Assembly (NCBI GenBank): GCA_951406725.2
Contig: OX597819.1
Location: 88,040,001 to 88,104,000 of the forward strand
Length of the DNA stretch: 64,000 nt
Direction: 5' to 3'
Origin: Octopus vulgaris
Taxonomy: Eukaryota
The translations under genes and the position numbers were made by a program. The notes under the pieces are model-generated. The model saw only the letters and a list, made by a program, of their open reading frames with translations, did no database searches and was not told the origin of the DNA. The stretch's first letter is position 1. Every line of letters starts with the position of its first letter. Below, one piece after another: positions 1-13,557 of the stretch.

Positions 1-129
1 AAGGTAGTCAATATCAATCCCACTACTTGACTGACACTTCATTGACCTTGAACGGTTGAAAGGCAAAGCTAACCTCAGTGGTATTTGAACTAAGAACAGA
101 AACAATAAGGTAATATTTTGTTTAACTTG

Positions 130-335
130 GACATCAAGCTGGCAGAATCATTAGCATGCTGGGCAAATACTTAGCATTTCACCCATCTGTACATTCTGAG
201 TTCAAATTCCATCAAGATCGACTTTGCCTCTTGTTAGAGTCAATAAAGAAGTACCAGTTGATGACTGGTGTTGCTGTAATTGACTTACCCACTCCTTGGA
301 ATTACTGGTCTTGCACCAAAATTTAAAATCAATAT
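130..335 (+). mobile_element. tRNA-derived SINE family C, degraded copy (inverted fragment of the same family at 1-95)
   Basis: AAGCTGGCAGAATCATTAGCATGCTGGGCAAA (A-box-like) and TTCTGAGTTCAAATTCC (B-box-like); the same sequence recurs at ~28350-28530(-), 37513-37725(+), 44635-44750(+) and 53190-53605(-). Boundaries approximate. Confidence 0.65.
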
Positions 336-957
336 TTTGTTTAACTATGGGTAAAAAAAAATAAATTCAGTTACAATAACAAAAATCAGATATCTAAATT
401 GAATCCCAGCCTGATTGTCCCTCCAGATCTCATGCATAAGTCATTAAGAAAGAGATAAACATATGTAACAAAATCTTTTCCAAAGACACACTGATCAGTG
501 TTAATTATGAATTCGATAATATTAAGCAGGATTTATGGAATCCACATTCAAGATATCCACTCAAATATGTGTGAACATCTCAAGAGATTTAACACAGTAT
601 TATTCAAAAAAGATATTTGTAATTTAATATGAAAGAATGAAAATAAAATACAATAAAACATGGAGAAACAATATTAATTTGAAATCCTTTTTTTAAAAAA
701 AATCCAAATAATATTATATATTATCGTATATAAAAGTGTTAGCTGAATGTGTGCTTCCACAAATATGTCTGGTTGCTAAATATGAGGTGTGGGGTGGTGC
801 ACTGGAAACTTGTACATAAAATGTTCTCAAAATTTGTATTTTATTTGGGGAAGGTAAACTCTCAAAGGAAAGAGAAGACAATTTGAAGAAATTAAAAACT
901 GATCGCAAAGTTAATTTACATGTTTAGAAGGAAATTGATGTTCATTTGAATGGGACA

Positions 958-999
958 ACTATGGACATGTTTCTGTCTATTAGGCCTCATCAGCTTAGT
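958..999 (-). ncRNA. decayed minimal type I hammerhead ribozyme motif
   Basis: Minus strand reads ACUAAG-CUGAUGA-GGCCUAAUAGACA-GAAA-CAUG-UC/CAUAGU: canonical core, palindromic helix III (ACAUGU), helix I 5/6 bp, helix II mismatched. Confidence 0.5.
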
Positions 1000-1410
1000 A
1001 CACAAACTACTCAGACCTGTTTGATCAGTCAACAAAGACTTTTACATATAAAAAAAGTTATGAATAAATTTTTGGCCAGTGTAATTTACACTACTAACAA
1101 AAACAATAAAATGAGTTAAGAGAGGAAAACCCAAATAGGCCAACATGAATTTAATTAAGGAGTGATGAACTGAATGCCATATACTAAAAGTTCTGATGTG
1201 AAATTTTCCTCTCATATGGAAAAAAAAAAAAAGAAAACACTTCAATCAAATAAGTATTTTGTGCATATAGCATTCACTATATCATCTCTGACCTTATTTT
1301 CCTAAATCTATATCATTAGCGCCTTTTAGAGATTTCCCTTGGCTCATTTTATTTTTAAATGTGAGAATAAGTTAGCAAATGAAAGAAAAGGACATGAGAG
1401 AAGGAGATAG

Positions 1411-1447
<37 letters not shown>

Positions 1448-2631
1448 AAGAGAGAAGAGAATGAGAAATTTATGACCGACCACTCCACCATCACAAGTAG
1501 TGAAAGGTTTCTTTTGACATTAATGACAAGATAGAGAAACATCAAAATAGCAAATGCGAATCAGTCAATATAAAGTTTTTCTATACTTGCATTAAAATAG
1601 TCTCTACTAAACAACTATTATAGTTCTGCAATTAAATAATGATTTTTTTTTTTTCAATGGTAACTCACATATATGATCAAACAAATTTCAGTTGATTATA
1701 CAGTATGGCAGGATATTTTTTTATCTTGTTTTCAATTTTGTAAATGACTTTCACGGCTTTAAAATGACCAATGTAACAATTACAAGATGAATTAATAAGA
1801 AAGAATAGTGTAGTGGTGATGAAGGAGGAGGAGGATGTAATTTACAGTGTCATTACTGGAGTGATAAACGCATATCTAGATATGACTTTTGCAAAGCTCC
1901 AAACATAATCCAATTCTGGCAAATGTTGGATACCTGTCATTGCTCTATATTTGTGCAATGTAGTATTCAAGGTAGTGATAAGGAAAGAAAAACTGTCATG
2001 TTTAATACGAAAGTATGAAAGATGATGACACCTTTCTAGGTAGTCAGACAATTTTCTGATTTAGCAATGAAACGTACCTCCTTTAAAACAATCCACACCT
2101 TCAGGTCTATTTAGTGCATATTTCAATAACATGGACAACTTAATAAATTTGTTGAAATGGATGTATTGCTATTTGTTCAGATAAATTAAGATTTAAAAAG
2201 TAAGAGAAACAAGTGTTAATGGGCTAGATTGTGAATTAATGAATTTAATGAATTCATATATTGTATTGCTTTTATTGTTTTTGCATTTTAAGTTTTCCTA
2301 ACAACAAAGTGATTAAAAAATAATGTCTTTTAAATATTTGTTGTATAAGTGATTTATCTTTTGATGTGCCTTTGGTTGATGTGAGCTTCATAATATACTG
2401 ATAATATTATATTAACAGTTAAATTGATGGTGTATTTATTTACTTGGCCAAGTGTCTTCTATATCACCAGGCAGACCAAAGCTTTGTAAGTGAATTTGGT
2501 ATACCAGGAGAACTAAAAGACATTTGCCTAAGATTCCAGCAATGAGACTGATGATGGTGGATTTGATAAGATGGAAACTGGGAGATACTCATTGTATGCA
2601 TGTGTTTACAACTGGTAATTGAAACAACAAT

Positions 2632-3050
2632 AACAAGAGCACTCAGAGAGTGCAAATCTCCACCAAGGTAACACCAACCTCCTCTCAATGATTAGCTGGA
2701 GATGATTTTTAAAATAAGAATATCTGAAATAAACTTGACTACTCTCACCAACGAGAATACTAAAAATGAACCCGACTGCTCTCACAAATAAGAATACTAA
2801 AAATGAACCCAACTGCTCTCAAAAATTAAGTAAAAAAACAGGAAAAATAATCCAGAACCCTTGTCCAGTACCGGATTGATCCCAAAATCTAATCAGTTTG
2901 TGCCAGTCATGAGACTGAACATCCCTGAAACTTTCATTCGAATCCATCCAGCAGTTCTTGAGATATCTTATCCATGGACAAACAAACAAGCACAACTGAA
3001 AACAATACTTCCTTACATACAAACAAAGTCAGAAATTGGTTGAACTAATA
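2632..3050 (+). mobile_element. probable Helentron-associated (HINE/DINE-1-like) non-autonomous element
   Basis: 5' AACAAGAG with hairpin GCACTC-AGA-GAGTGC, internal 37-bp tandem repeat (starts 2737, 2774, 2811), AAACTTTCATTCGAATCCATCCAGCAGTTCTTGAGATATC block, then a short (ACAA)n microsatellite. This layout is typical of HINEs. Confidence 0.45.
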
Positions 3051-4409
3051 CATTAAAATTGCCCCAGCATTTGACGGATATTTTATTGACTTCAAAAGGA
3101 TGAAAAGCAAAGTAAGATTTGGACTTAGAATGTGAAGCGATGGAAAAATACTGCTTTAATGATTCTTCCTATCCAAATGAAATGGTTACATGGATTAAGC
3201 ACAATGGCTTATATTTTAATGGAGAAGAACAATGAAATGTCATAACATCATTGCATTTCCTAAGGGTTTTAATGATTAACATGAGTAAAGTGAAATGGCT
3301 TCAGCAAGAATTAAAACCAGCTCATGGCCTTGGTTTATCAGGAGCATTCGACACATTTCATGATTGATTAACTATGACAAGACACAAATTCTAACTTTAA
3401 TAGAGAAGCTGTTTTGCTTAAAAGGTTTTAATTTCAGTCACTACTTAAACACATGTAAGGTCATCTGAGACTAAATATGCAAAATAGAAGAGAATATAAA
3501 GCCATTTTATCTAACTTAAATTTTATGTTAGATCCAACAATTTAATCTTCACACATACTACCTACTTATATACCACAAAACAAAATCAAATCTTCTACTT
3601 AGTTCATATCAAATATCATAATCATCCTTTTTTTAATATGTTCTATCATGTTGGCATGGATTAGACAAATTAGGCCTCATCAAAAATATTGAATAAAATC
3701 CAATCAAGAAACCGGTTAAAAAGGCTACAATATAGATATATAGTGATATAACTGAAATGGACTACTCAGAGTATCCCAAGCATATAGTGAAGAGCTAAAA
3801 TGTAAATACAAAGATAAATTACTGTAAGTATATAAAAAAAAAATTGATCCCTAGTTATCTTTATGTTGTAAGAAAGCATTTTGGTAAAGGTCTTGATTCA
3901 CCAACTTAATTTTCTAAGAAGCAACTGTTCTGATATAACTATTACGGAGTTGTTAAACTGATTCATCTTTTACTATCTTAAATGTTTCCTGTAACCTTGA
4001 ATGGGAAGGTTATTGTTGCAGTGAATTTTACAGTTTTCCTATAGTTAAACCATTCAATTGTGAAGTAGAATGAAATCTGTCAGACAGTTATGAACCATGC
4101 AGCGGTAAGGTTTTAGCTCATTATCAAGGTAGTCAATATCCTATAAAAAGAATTTATCATTGAGATTAGTTACTCAGTGACATCAACAGCATGTAAAATA
4201 CAATAGTTAAGTTAGTGTTAACGTTTAATCAAAAGTTTAATTAGAAATATTTATGCAGTGAGGAAAAAGGCAACATTAACTCAATGACTAATATTAGTTT
4301 AATGACTTCAGTAAACATGGAAGACAACCCAACATGTGTTAGTATTATTAAACCTCCTCGGAAAAAACCTAAGCTCTGCTGTACTTACCATAGTAATGAA
4401 AAGAGAATC

Positions 4410-4531
4410 TATGAGGGGGTGTATGAAAAGTCTTGAGCCTCAAAAAACAAAACATGGTACAACTGATGAAGGTACAGGACTTCAAGGCTCAAAGGTCTTG
4501 AAGGCTAAAAACTTTTCATACACCTCTCATA
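4410..4531. mobile_element. Tc1/mariner-type MITE remnant
   Basis: TIRs TATGAGGGGGTGTATGAAAAGT / ACTTTTCATACACCTCTCATA with TA ends; a related end (AACTTTTCAGCACCCCTTCATA) occurs at ~38620-38641. Confidence 0.6.
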
Positions 4532-7500
4532 TAATACTGTACACTGATAGGTATGAAAAATTAACACATTAAAAAACTATATCACTGAGGACACTCAATG
4601 ATGTTATTTGTTTGAAAAACAACAGTTGAATTTGATAATCAATTTAATGTGACATCTCAATGCCTACAGTACAGAGACTCAATTTAGCAATGAAATTACC
4701 CTCATCAAACTATCTTCTCTATAAATGCAGACCTTATATTCATCCTTTTGTTGCCATATATTGTAATGAAATACACTGTGTGACTGAATTGGCTTTTAAA
4801 ATAGTCAAAATTTTGAAAGGCATTAAGTAAAACAACTAACTTCTTCAATATTAAAGCTGGTGTCTGAAACCTAATTAAAAAAAGTTCTTACATAAAATTA
4901 TGATAAACCTCTTCAACTTAAATGTAAACACTAAAATTAATAAACCTTACCCTCAATAAAAACTAATGAGAATGCCAATTAAGCAATTTTTTAAATCACT
5001 TACGTCTGTGTTATAAATCTACTCAACTTTAAATAAAAGCTTTCCGAAATCCTTATGCTTTAGCAAAAATTAAGTTGAGTGAACTATTATATACAATGAA
5101 TAATTGCATTTAAAAGCTCCTACACAAAAAGAAAAAAAGAAACGAATATAAAAGTGGACTTTTTTTTTTTTTTTTTTCTTAAGTACCATTAAGTGTCTAT
5201 GAACCAATTTTTTTAACCAGTAACACAAAAATGTTAATGGCTTTTATATAGCTACGAAATGATTTCGAATATGATATATACCAGGGTAAAAATAAAAAAT
5301 GCTGTGAATCACTAGTGAAGAAAGCCTGTGGTAGAAGTAAACTAAGAAAAACTTGTAAGAAAGTAATCAGACATTATGATACAGTGGGGTTTAAAGAGAG
5401 GCTGGAATGATCAAAGATAAAATCAACTTGAACATAGAAACACTAAAATCTATTTTTATAGAACAGTGGAACATTTGCTCAATCCTTGTCAATATATAAT
5501 CACAAAGTGCAAAAATTCAAAATATATTACATAAGCTTTAAGATTCAAATGTCTAACAAAGCAAGTTTAGAAAATACAGGAAAAAACACACTGCCATTAA
5601 AATTCTATAAATCTGTTAAAAATTTTTTTTTTTTTACATTGCATCAAAAAGTATTGCGTAACTAAAAGGTCCCAGGAAAATTCCAATATCTTAAATTTAC
5701 AGAATAGAAAAATAGAAAGTAAAATAGACCAACAACAAAATGGGCATGGATTTTTTTTCTTTCTTTTAAGCAAATATCTTTTTTGAATAAAGTCTTAATG
5801 TAGAAAATCACTTGTATAGGATGGAAATGAATGGATTTTTTTTTTCTTTCTTTTAGAGTTCGTTGCTACTATACTGAGAAAAATTCTGAATAAAATTTTT
5901 CATAGCAATTCAAAGAAATAAAAATGCTTGTTTATTTGCAGTGAGATGTATAGATAGGAAAATGGATTTGAGTCTATAAATATTAAAAAGCAAAATTTGT
6001 TACAATAGCACTTGTGTAATTCAGGACTAGATACATTAAAATGTCGAGAGATATGAACAGTATGGCATTATGGAGATTGAGAGAAAACTTTCTTTTGTCA
6101 GTTGTTAATGGTCGAATGTCAACTACTCGGTACCAAAGAACATTCAAAAACTATCAGTATAATCAGTGTAAACTTTAAAATTCCAGTTCAATATATCATC
6201 TTTTATTTTAATTCTGTCAATATAGTTAGTTACTGATATTTCTGAAGTATTATAAATCCATCCCATTGAATGCTTTAAGTATAAGTTCAGAAGCCTAAGC
6301 AGTTCTGATATTAAACCACTCTCAAAACTTGTACTTAACTATTATTCTGACTATTAAAATTTCCCAACTCAGAATCTCTACAATATATATATATATATAT
6401 ATATTTAATAATGTTCTCTCATTTTTTACATCCATTTTTTTTTACTCATGCGAGTACAGCTTAGACAAATTGTCATTAAGGCATTATTTTACAACTAGAT
6501 GCCCTTCTTGTCACTAACCCTTACCTGTTTTTTCTAGTAAGGGATATATTATTCCACATGTCTTCAAAGTTAAAAAGTCAGTGGACAATCAAATGGCAAG
6601 AGATTTGACAATAATGTCACTGCATGCAGCTGAGCAATTTTTGGAGAAGCATAAATGTAATCATACATAAATACAATGGGCTTCTTTCAACACACATGCA
6701 TACAATAGGCTTGTGTCTTTAAACATATTCACTCAAAATTTTGGTTGGTCCAAGGCTATAGTAAGAGACATTCGTCCAAGGTGCTGTGCAGTGAACATGA
6801 ACTTGAAACTATGCTGTTCATTAATAAGCTCCTTAACTACACAGCTATGCCCAAGACCTACAATACACAGGATTTCCAGACAATTGTTATTTTGAGTATA
6901 TTCATATTCTGGCTAATTTATACCTGTAAAGTAACTTTCAGTCAATATTGTAATATAAATTAATCAACCAGTATTCATATATGGCATTCTTGTGTCATTA
7001 ATATTTGATTGTGTACCATTTAATAAATGTCATTTGCTATTACTTTCTGTAGTGCATATACTAATTTATTTTTTCATTAATTCTGCCTTTCTTTACTCAT
7101 TTTAGCTGTTTAAGATGGAGAGTTCATTGAAAATAAAATTTATTAATATAAAAAGTATTACAATATCATCACAAATCGGTTTAGAATGGAGAAGTGATAA
7201 CTTCTTTACTACTGTGTACATGTAATAACAAGAAAGTAAAAAGGCACCACATACTTTATCTAGAAAATATTCTTCACATTGTGTTCCCACATTTTGGAGG
7301 GGGGTTTTTTTTGCAAGCAAGGACTGCCTTTCAATTGAATCTTATGCTCATTGACAGCAATTTTTTATTTTTTGCATTGATGAAATTGTTAAAATTGCCA
7401 GTAAATGGAAAACTGATGTGATAAACATATTTCCAAGTCAACACTCCACACATTTGTTTGACCTTCAAATTTTTATTTATTTCAACTACTATTTCTTTCT

Positions 7501-10500
7501 TTTTATCAAATAAATCTTTAACAAAATTTTGGGAAATGCTTCCAGCACTAATTTATAAAACTGTGTTCCAACTGCCAGAAAGTTTTAATCATCTGAACTT
7601 TGTCCCAAATAAAAAAATTCCCTTGTACCATCACCACTAATCCAAAAAAGACCTCACGCTAACCTTTCCATGATAGATCATTGAAGATTTCTTTTTAACA
7701 ATGATAAATGAGCAACTGTCTGGAACCAGTTAAAAAAATAAATAAATAAAATAACTAAAACTACAAAGTTGCTTCACTCTTTCTATACTCCATGTCTCTT
7801 TAATTGGGAACAAAAGACTTTTGAGAAGATAATTTGATGTATTCATATAACCTAAAATCTAATATTGAATGTTTTTTCATAACCCAACTATAAAAGTCTG
7901 ATTTCACTACCCTTTCCAATGAATATCAATGGTTGCTTATTTTGGCAATGATTTATTTTTTGATTTCAGTGAAAAAAAAAAAGATTTAGTACACTATAAC
8001 AATCAATATTGATAATGATTTATATAAAAAAAAAACTTGTTGCAACATTCTAAAGAGCTGAGGTCTCATTTTGCTTTGTTTTGAATAAACAATTCTTTCC
8101 TATCAAAGAACTCTAAACACTCTTCTCCAGCACCACCACCAAATATTATAGAATCTATATAAATCTCAACAATAATTCCTACATTCAAGTCCCAGTGCAG
8201 AATCTAAGGTCTTACAACAATCATTGACTAATATAAATAAATTAAAGTTTCATTAATCATAGTTTCATCAATGCATGTTATTCATATGACTAGTTTTCAA
8301 CTTTAAAACAATTATTCTTCTCTAGCAAAAAAAAGAAAAAAGGGTAAAAATATTTCAATGACAATAAACACTTCTAAAGTTTAATTTTCTATCTGAAACA
8401 AAACCCTTTTTTGAGTATCATCTCTTTTTAATTTTGCAGAATGTTACTACAATGCAAAAGTTGTCCTTTTTAAGCATTTTTCATTTGAGAGTCTTTTCAA
8501 AAGTTCAACTTCATTCATTTGTTTTATGTCCCTCTCCCTATGTTAGCATCCTATCACTAACCCATACCTGTGTTTTCAAATAAGTCAATTATCATTCCAC
8601 TCATCTTCAAAAATACAGAGCTACCACAGGATTTGTTACCATCTGCAGCATTACTTAAACCAGCCATATCTGGTCCAAATATTCAACCTGTTTTACATTC
8701 AAATTGACTAGATCTGACCTCTTAGAGTTATCCTACAATGTCATTCTAAAAATCAACAGCCACAACATCAAAATCTCAAAACTACAAGATAATGCATGAT
8801 TCTAGATAAAGTTAGCATTCAGATCACTCTGTCAAATGTAATATTTATTTACTCAAAGTCTAAATATAAGTTTGAAATGAATTAAAGAAGGAGAGGTGAG
8901 GCAGAGAAAGAGATGAATGAGTGTGATAGCTTCTTACTGAGCAAAAATTTGCTCCTTCTGTAACATTAAGATATGAGAACCTGTTTTTCAAAAAGCTGGA
9001 ATTCTTCAAAGCAACAACAAAGATGGACAGTGTATGACAAATTTTAAAACCTACATTGTCTAGACAGATTTTCATAACTAAATTTTACAATGACAACTAT
9101 TTTCTATTGAGATCATGGCAGCATATCCAAATATGGTTGTCAGTTTGGTAGACCATTAAATTTATTTGTGTCTTACTGTCAGATAAGGAAATCATGAGCT
9201 CATGTTTTGGAAGGAGCCTTGTTTTAATTACCTAAGTAATGTTTTTATTTTTAAATAAGGATTTGAGTTATAAAACATAGTTATCTATTATCTATAAGTG
9301 TTATGATAATTTAGACCAAATAAGAAAACAGTGATGATAATGCTTTTTACCTTCTAACAAAATTAGTTGGGTGGGGGCTCTATCAGTCAGGGTTGACCTT
9401 CAATCTGTACCTTTATGCATAGACTAGGCAAAGTTTTTTTTTGTTCTTTTTGAGCAAGATTAGCAGTTGCCCATACTTGAAAGTCTCTCCACTTCACAGC
9501 ACAAATATTACCTAAATAAAAGGTCACTGCACTGGGATCAATACAGCTTAGCACCAGTTTCATTGCAGGTGATGCTTTCAAAATGCAAAGAGAGCCACAA
9601 AAAATACTGTAAGGCAACTTGCTCAAATGACAAACAGTTCCAATCCATACTCTAGGTTGGCCCCGATTTTTATTGATCCCTAAAGGATGATAGGCAGAAT
9701 AAATATCAGTGGAACTTGAACTCAGAAAGAGAATCAGAACAAGTACTGTAGGGCATTCTACCCAATGCCTTAACAATCCTACTTTTTGGCCACCTTTAAA
9801 ATTAGGGTAAATACCTACATATTCATATAATGTTGGGTTAATCAATTTTCCCCTCAATGTTTTAAAATTGTTTTGATCTGGAGAAAAGGAATGTACCACT
9901 GGCTTTTACAGGTCATACACACACCCACACATAAAACCATCATAATTTTACATATGCTTTTCATGCTGGCATCGTTAGATCGATTTTCACAGTACAAGTC
10001 GATTCTTATTCAGAATTAATGTCCTCCTAGACATGTTGAAGGAGCATGCCTCACTTGTGCATTTAATTTTTAGCGTACTTCTATAGTTGAAAGCCCTTCC
10101 TTTTGATCAACCACTTTACTCTATGTATAGGTGTATGTGTGTGTATATACACATATCAATTGATAACAACATTTAACATTAACAATCAAAAGATTCTAGC
10201 CTACCATAATAAAAATATACATAAACAATAACCACTTCATCCAGATGACTGAAGTTTTAGAAACCTTAATTGGACCTAAAAACTAACAATCCCTAAATAA
10301 AATGCAAAGGTCTGATGAAGAAATGTATAGATGTTTCAGTTATTCTATGTCAGAAAGATTTATTCCAATACTATTAATATGGTTTCAACATTAAAATAAT
10401 TTTTAATATCTGTAGCAACATACATATTGTAGCATTGCTTTGTCACCATTACTAGCTTATAGTTACTGACTGGTACAAATGAAGAGTCAAATTACAGTCT

Positions 10501-13184
10501 ATAATTCTTCAAGACATCCAGCACATAATATATGCATTGCATATCCTTTTCACAAAGTAGTTTTTCTCACTGGATCACATATTTGATGATGGTAATACAC
10601 ACTTATAACCAACAATCTATCTTACTCTTCTACTGTTTTGGAAACAAGGAAATCTTTATATCATCATCTAACCTGTTAAAAAAAAAGCAATTTACCACAC
10701 CCTGCTATTTTAAAATAAATAAATAAATAAACTGAGGAATTCACTGGGTAACACAGTATTAGGTACACTGTTTGAAATTATGAAGAAATGGTCAGAGCTG
10801 GAGTATTTTGATCATGGATCTGCTTGATCAGAGTTGAACTGGAGCTAAACAACTTTGTTTTTTTTATTTACTGAGTTTGGAGGAAGGGGCAGATGCAATC
10901 CTCCTTGCAGGCCCTCATAGCATATAAAATAACTATTATAGTGTCCAGGCTGTGAGTAGTTTGAAATATATGTAGTTGAAACATATAGTACATCATATTG
11001 CAAATAAAATACATGTTCATGATTTCATTAACATCTTAATAATTAATAAAATTAGCTTCTTACTCAATTCATTGTTTTTAACATTATCAATGAATAACTT
11101 TCATTCTGGCATAGGCAGTCTTCCTGCCCAAACTAACTTTAGTTAGCAAAAACTAGAACCCTTGTATTTAGTAAAGCTTCAAGCTACACATGCCTGCATA
11201 TATGCCTGCTTACATAAGGTATTACATTTCAAGTTCTGTCCTGCAATACAATAAACTATTGTATAAACTTCAGAATAAACTATTAAAAATATAATATGAT
11301 ATGATTCTATCATATACCCTTTTTTTTTTCTTTACCTGAAGATTAGTTGAATTGGCTTGAATATTAAAGCTCCATGACCATCTGAGTGGCCCAATTTCCA
11401 AAGATTTTTCCCTTTAAACACTTCCTAAGACTTTTTGAAAATAATATAATACATTAAATAATGTTTTAGTACACAAAATGTTTTTAAGTGATGAAACTCT
11501 TCCCTTGTCAAATGTACTGCTTATTTATTCCCATTGTTTTGAATCAAATCATGCATTATCTTGGAGCTTGAATGTCATTGTTTGAGAAGTCAGATCTGGC
11601 CGGTTTGAGCATAAAAGAGGTAGAATATTTGGGTCAGATATGACCAGTTTACATACTAGATTTAAGGATCAAATTTTACTTTGCCCTCAAATGCAATGTA
11701 ACTTTACTATCCAAGTTTTGCTGATTGTACAATTTTAACATTTTCTTCATTACCTGACTCACCTATGGAAACAGAATCCATTTATTACTAACAAGAGAAA
11801 TTTTCTCAATTACTTTATGGATCATACAGTAACTTTTCGTTAATTGTACCTTGAAAAATTATCACCTAGGTAACAGATCTAATCTACTACTTTTTCCAAA
11901 AGGACATTTTAAAAGTACATGGTCTACAGTGTGTTATTGCTTGTATTTCAAAAGTGCATGTAGCACAGCAAACATTTTGCTCTTAATAGAGTCTGCTTGA
12001 AATCTAATTACATCCTTTAGGCAACCACTGATTAGACTGACAATGTATTGAGTTCCTGTCTAATCTTTACATGCTAATCACAGCCATTTTCCTGAAATAA
12101 TTTAGTTTATGATGCCTTCGCCCCCACCACCTACACAGTAATCATTTGCAGAACTTTCACAGTTATGAAAGCAGATCAAACTGCTTTCATAACACCCACA
12201 CAAATCCTACAATGACAACCAAGTTGTTTGCATACAGAAGCCTCCACAGGAGTTTAATCTTTAACTTCTTTATAATGGTTTCCATGATTTAGAAGACAGG
12301 AAGTGGATTGAAATATGTCACTGAGTGTATTATCTTAATTCTGGCTTTAGTCCCTCTCTGCATGATTTTCATAGCTCTCATGAACCACTCATCAACATTT
12401 AGCCAGCTCACTGCTATAAAATAGCATTTAACAGAACTAGATAGATAGATGAGTAAGTAGACAGGTAGAAAAGTAGCTTGACAGGCGGATATACGAACAG
12501 GTAAATAAGTCAATATATATAAGCAAACAGATGATGGGTAGTTTGGGTTTGAATACAATTAATTTCCTTAACTACAATTTTCATTAATGTACACAGTGAT
12601 AATCATTTTGTAATTAATATAGACTGTGAGAAGCATTCCCTGAATAGAATTATAAGTAACAAATACATTGAGCTTCTCTTCAGTTCAGGACTGATAAGTA
12701 TTAAAGTAATCCATAATGACATTCTTCAGTCAAAAATTTATTATAATAATCTTGCACCTATGAATAAAGTGAAAACTACAAAGTAATATGATTAATTAGT
12801 GAATATAAACATTGTGCTTGTTATAGAAAGTATGAAGTAAATCTATTGATTTCCAATAGATTTCTGAAGAGAATAAGTAAACGAAACAGTATGTGACTGA
12901 ACTTGCAGCAATGCAAGTTCTAACTGAGGTCCAACCTGTCCAGCCATGTACAATCAATCTCCCTTCAACTACAAGAATACAATGATGTACATATAAAATA
13001 GAAGTAAATTAACTAGGATATTTTAGAAACCAAAATAAAGTCACATTTCAGAAGATTACATTTTGAATATAGTGTAAGGCATATGTTAGTAAATTTTCTT
13101 CATTGTGTGAACATCAGTAATGTAAAACTAACAAGTTATGATGAAAGAACAATCACACACACTTTTTCTCTTTTCCTCCCCTTA

Positions 13185-13557
13185 CTCTCTTTTTACTCTT
13201 TTACTTGTTTCAGTCATTTGACTGTGGTCATGCTGGAGCACCACCTTTAGTCGAGCAAATCGACCCCAGGACTTATTCTTTGTAAGCCTAGTACTTATTC
13301 TATCAGTCTCTTTTGCCGAACTGCTAAGTTACGGGGACGTAAACACACCACCATTGGTTGTCAAGTGATGTTGGGGAGACAAACACAAACACACATAAAT
13401 ACATATACAGTTTCCGTCTACCAAATCCACTCACAAGGCTTTAGTCGGCCCGAGGCTATAGTAGAAGACACTTGCCCAAGGTGCCATGCAGTGGGAATGA
13501 GCCCAGAACCATGTGATTGATAAGCAAGCTACTTACCACACAGCCACTCCTGCGCCT
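13185..13557 (-). mobile_element. tRNA-derived SINE family A, near full-length
   Basis: Minus strand begins AGGCGCAGGAGTGGCTGTGTGGTAAG (A box), then a B-box-like segment, GGCACCTTGGGCAAGTGTCTT, and a (GAGTAAAA)-type tail; highly similar to 42351-42740. Confidence 0.85.

Noticed and set aside
1842-2170. Possible minus-strand exon(s) with an AG|GTACGT donor near 2078
   Set aside because: No convincing acceptor, no recognisable protein and no partner exons; needs RNA-seq.
9387-9899. 170-aa ORF on the minus strand
   Set aside because: Runs through a degraded family C SINE, has no recognisable domain and a non-ATG start.
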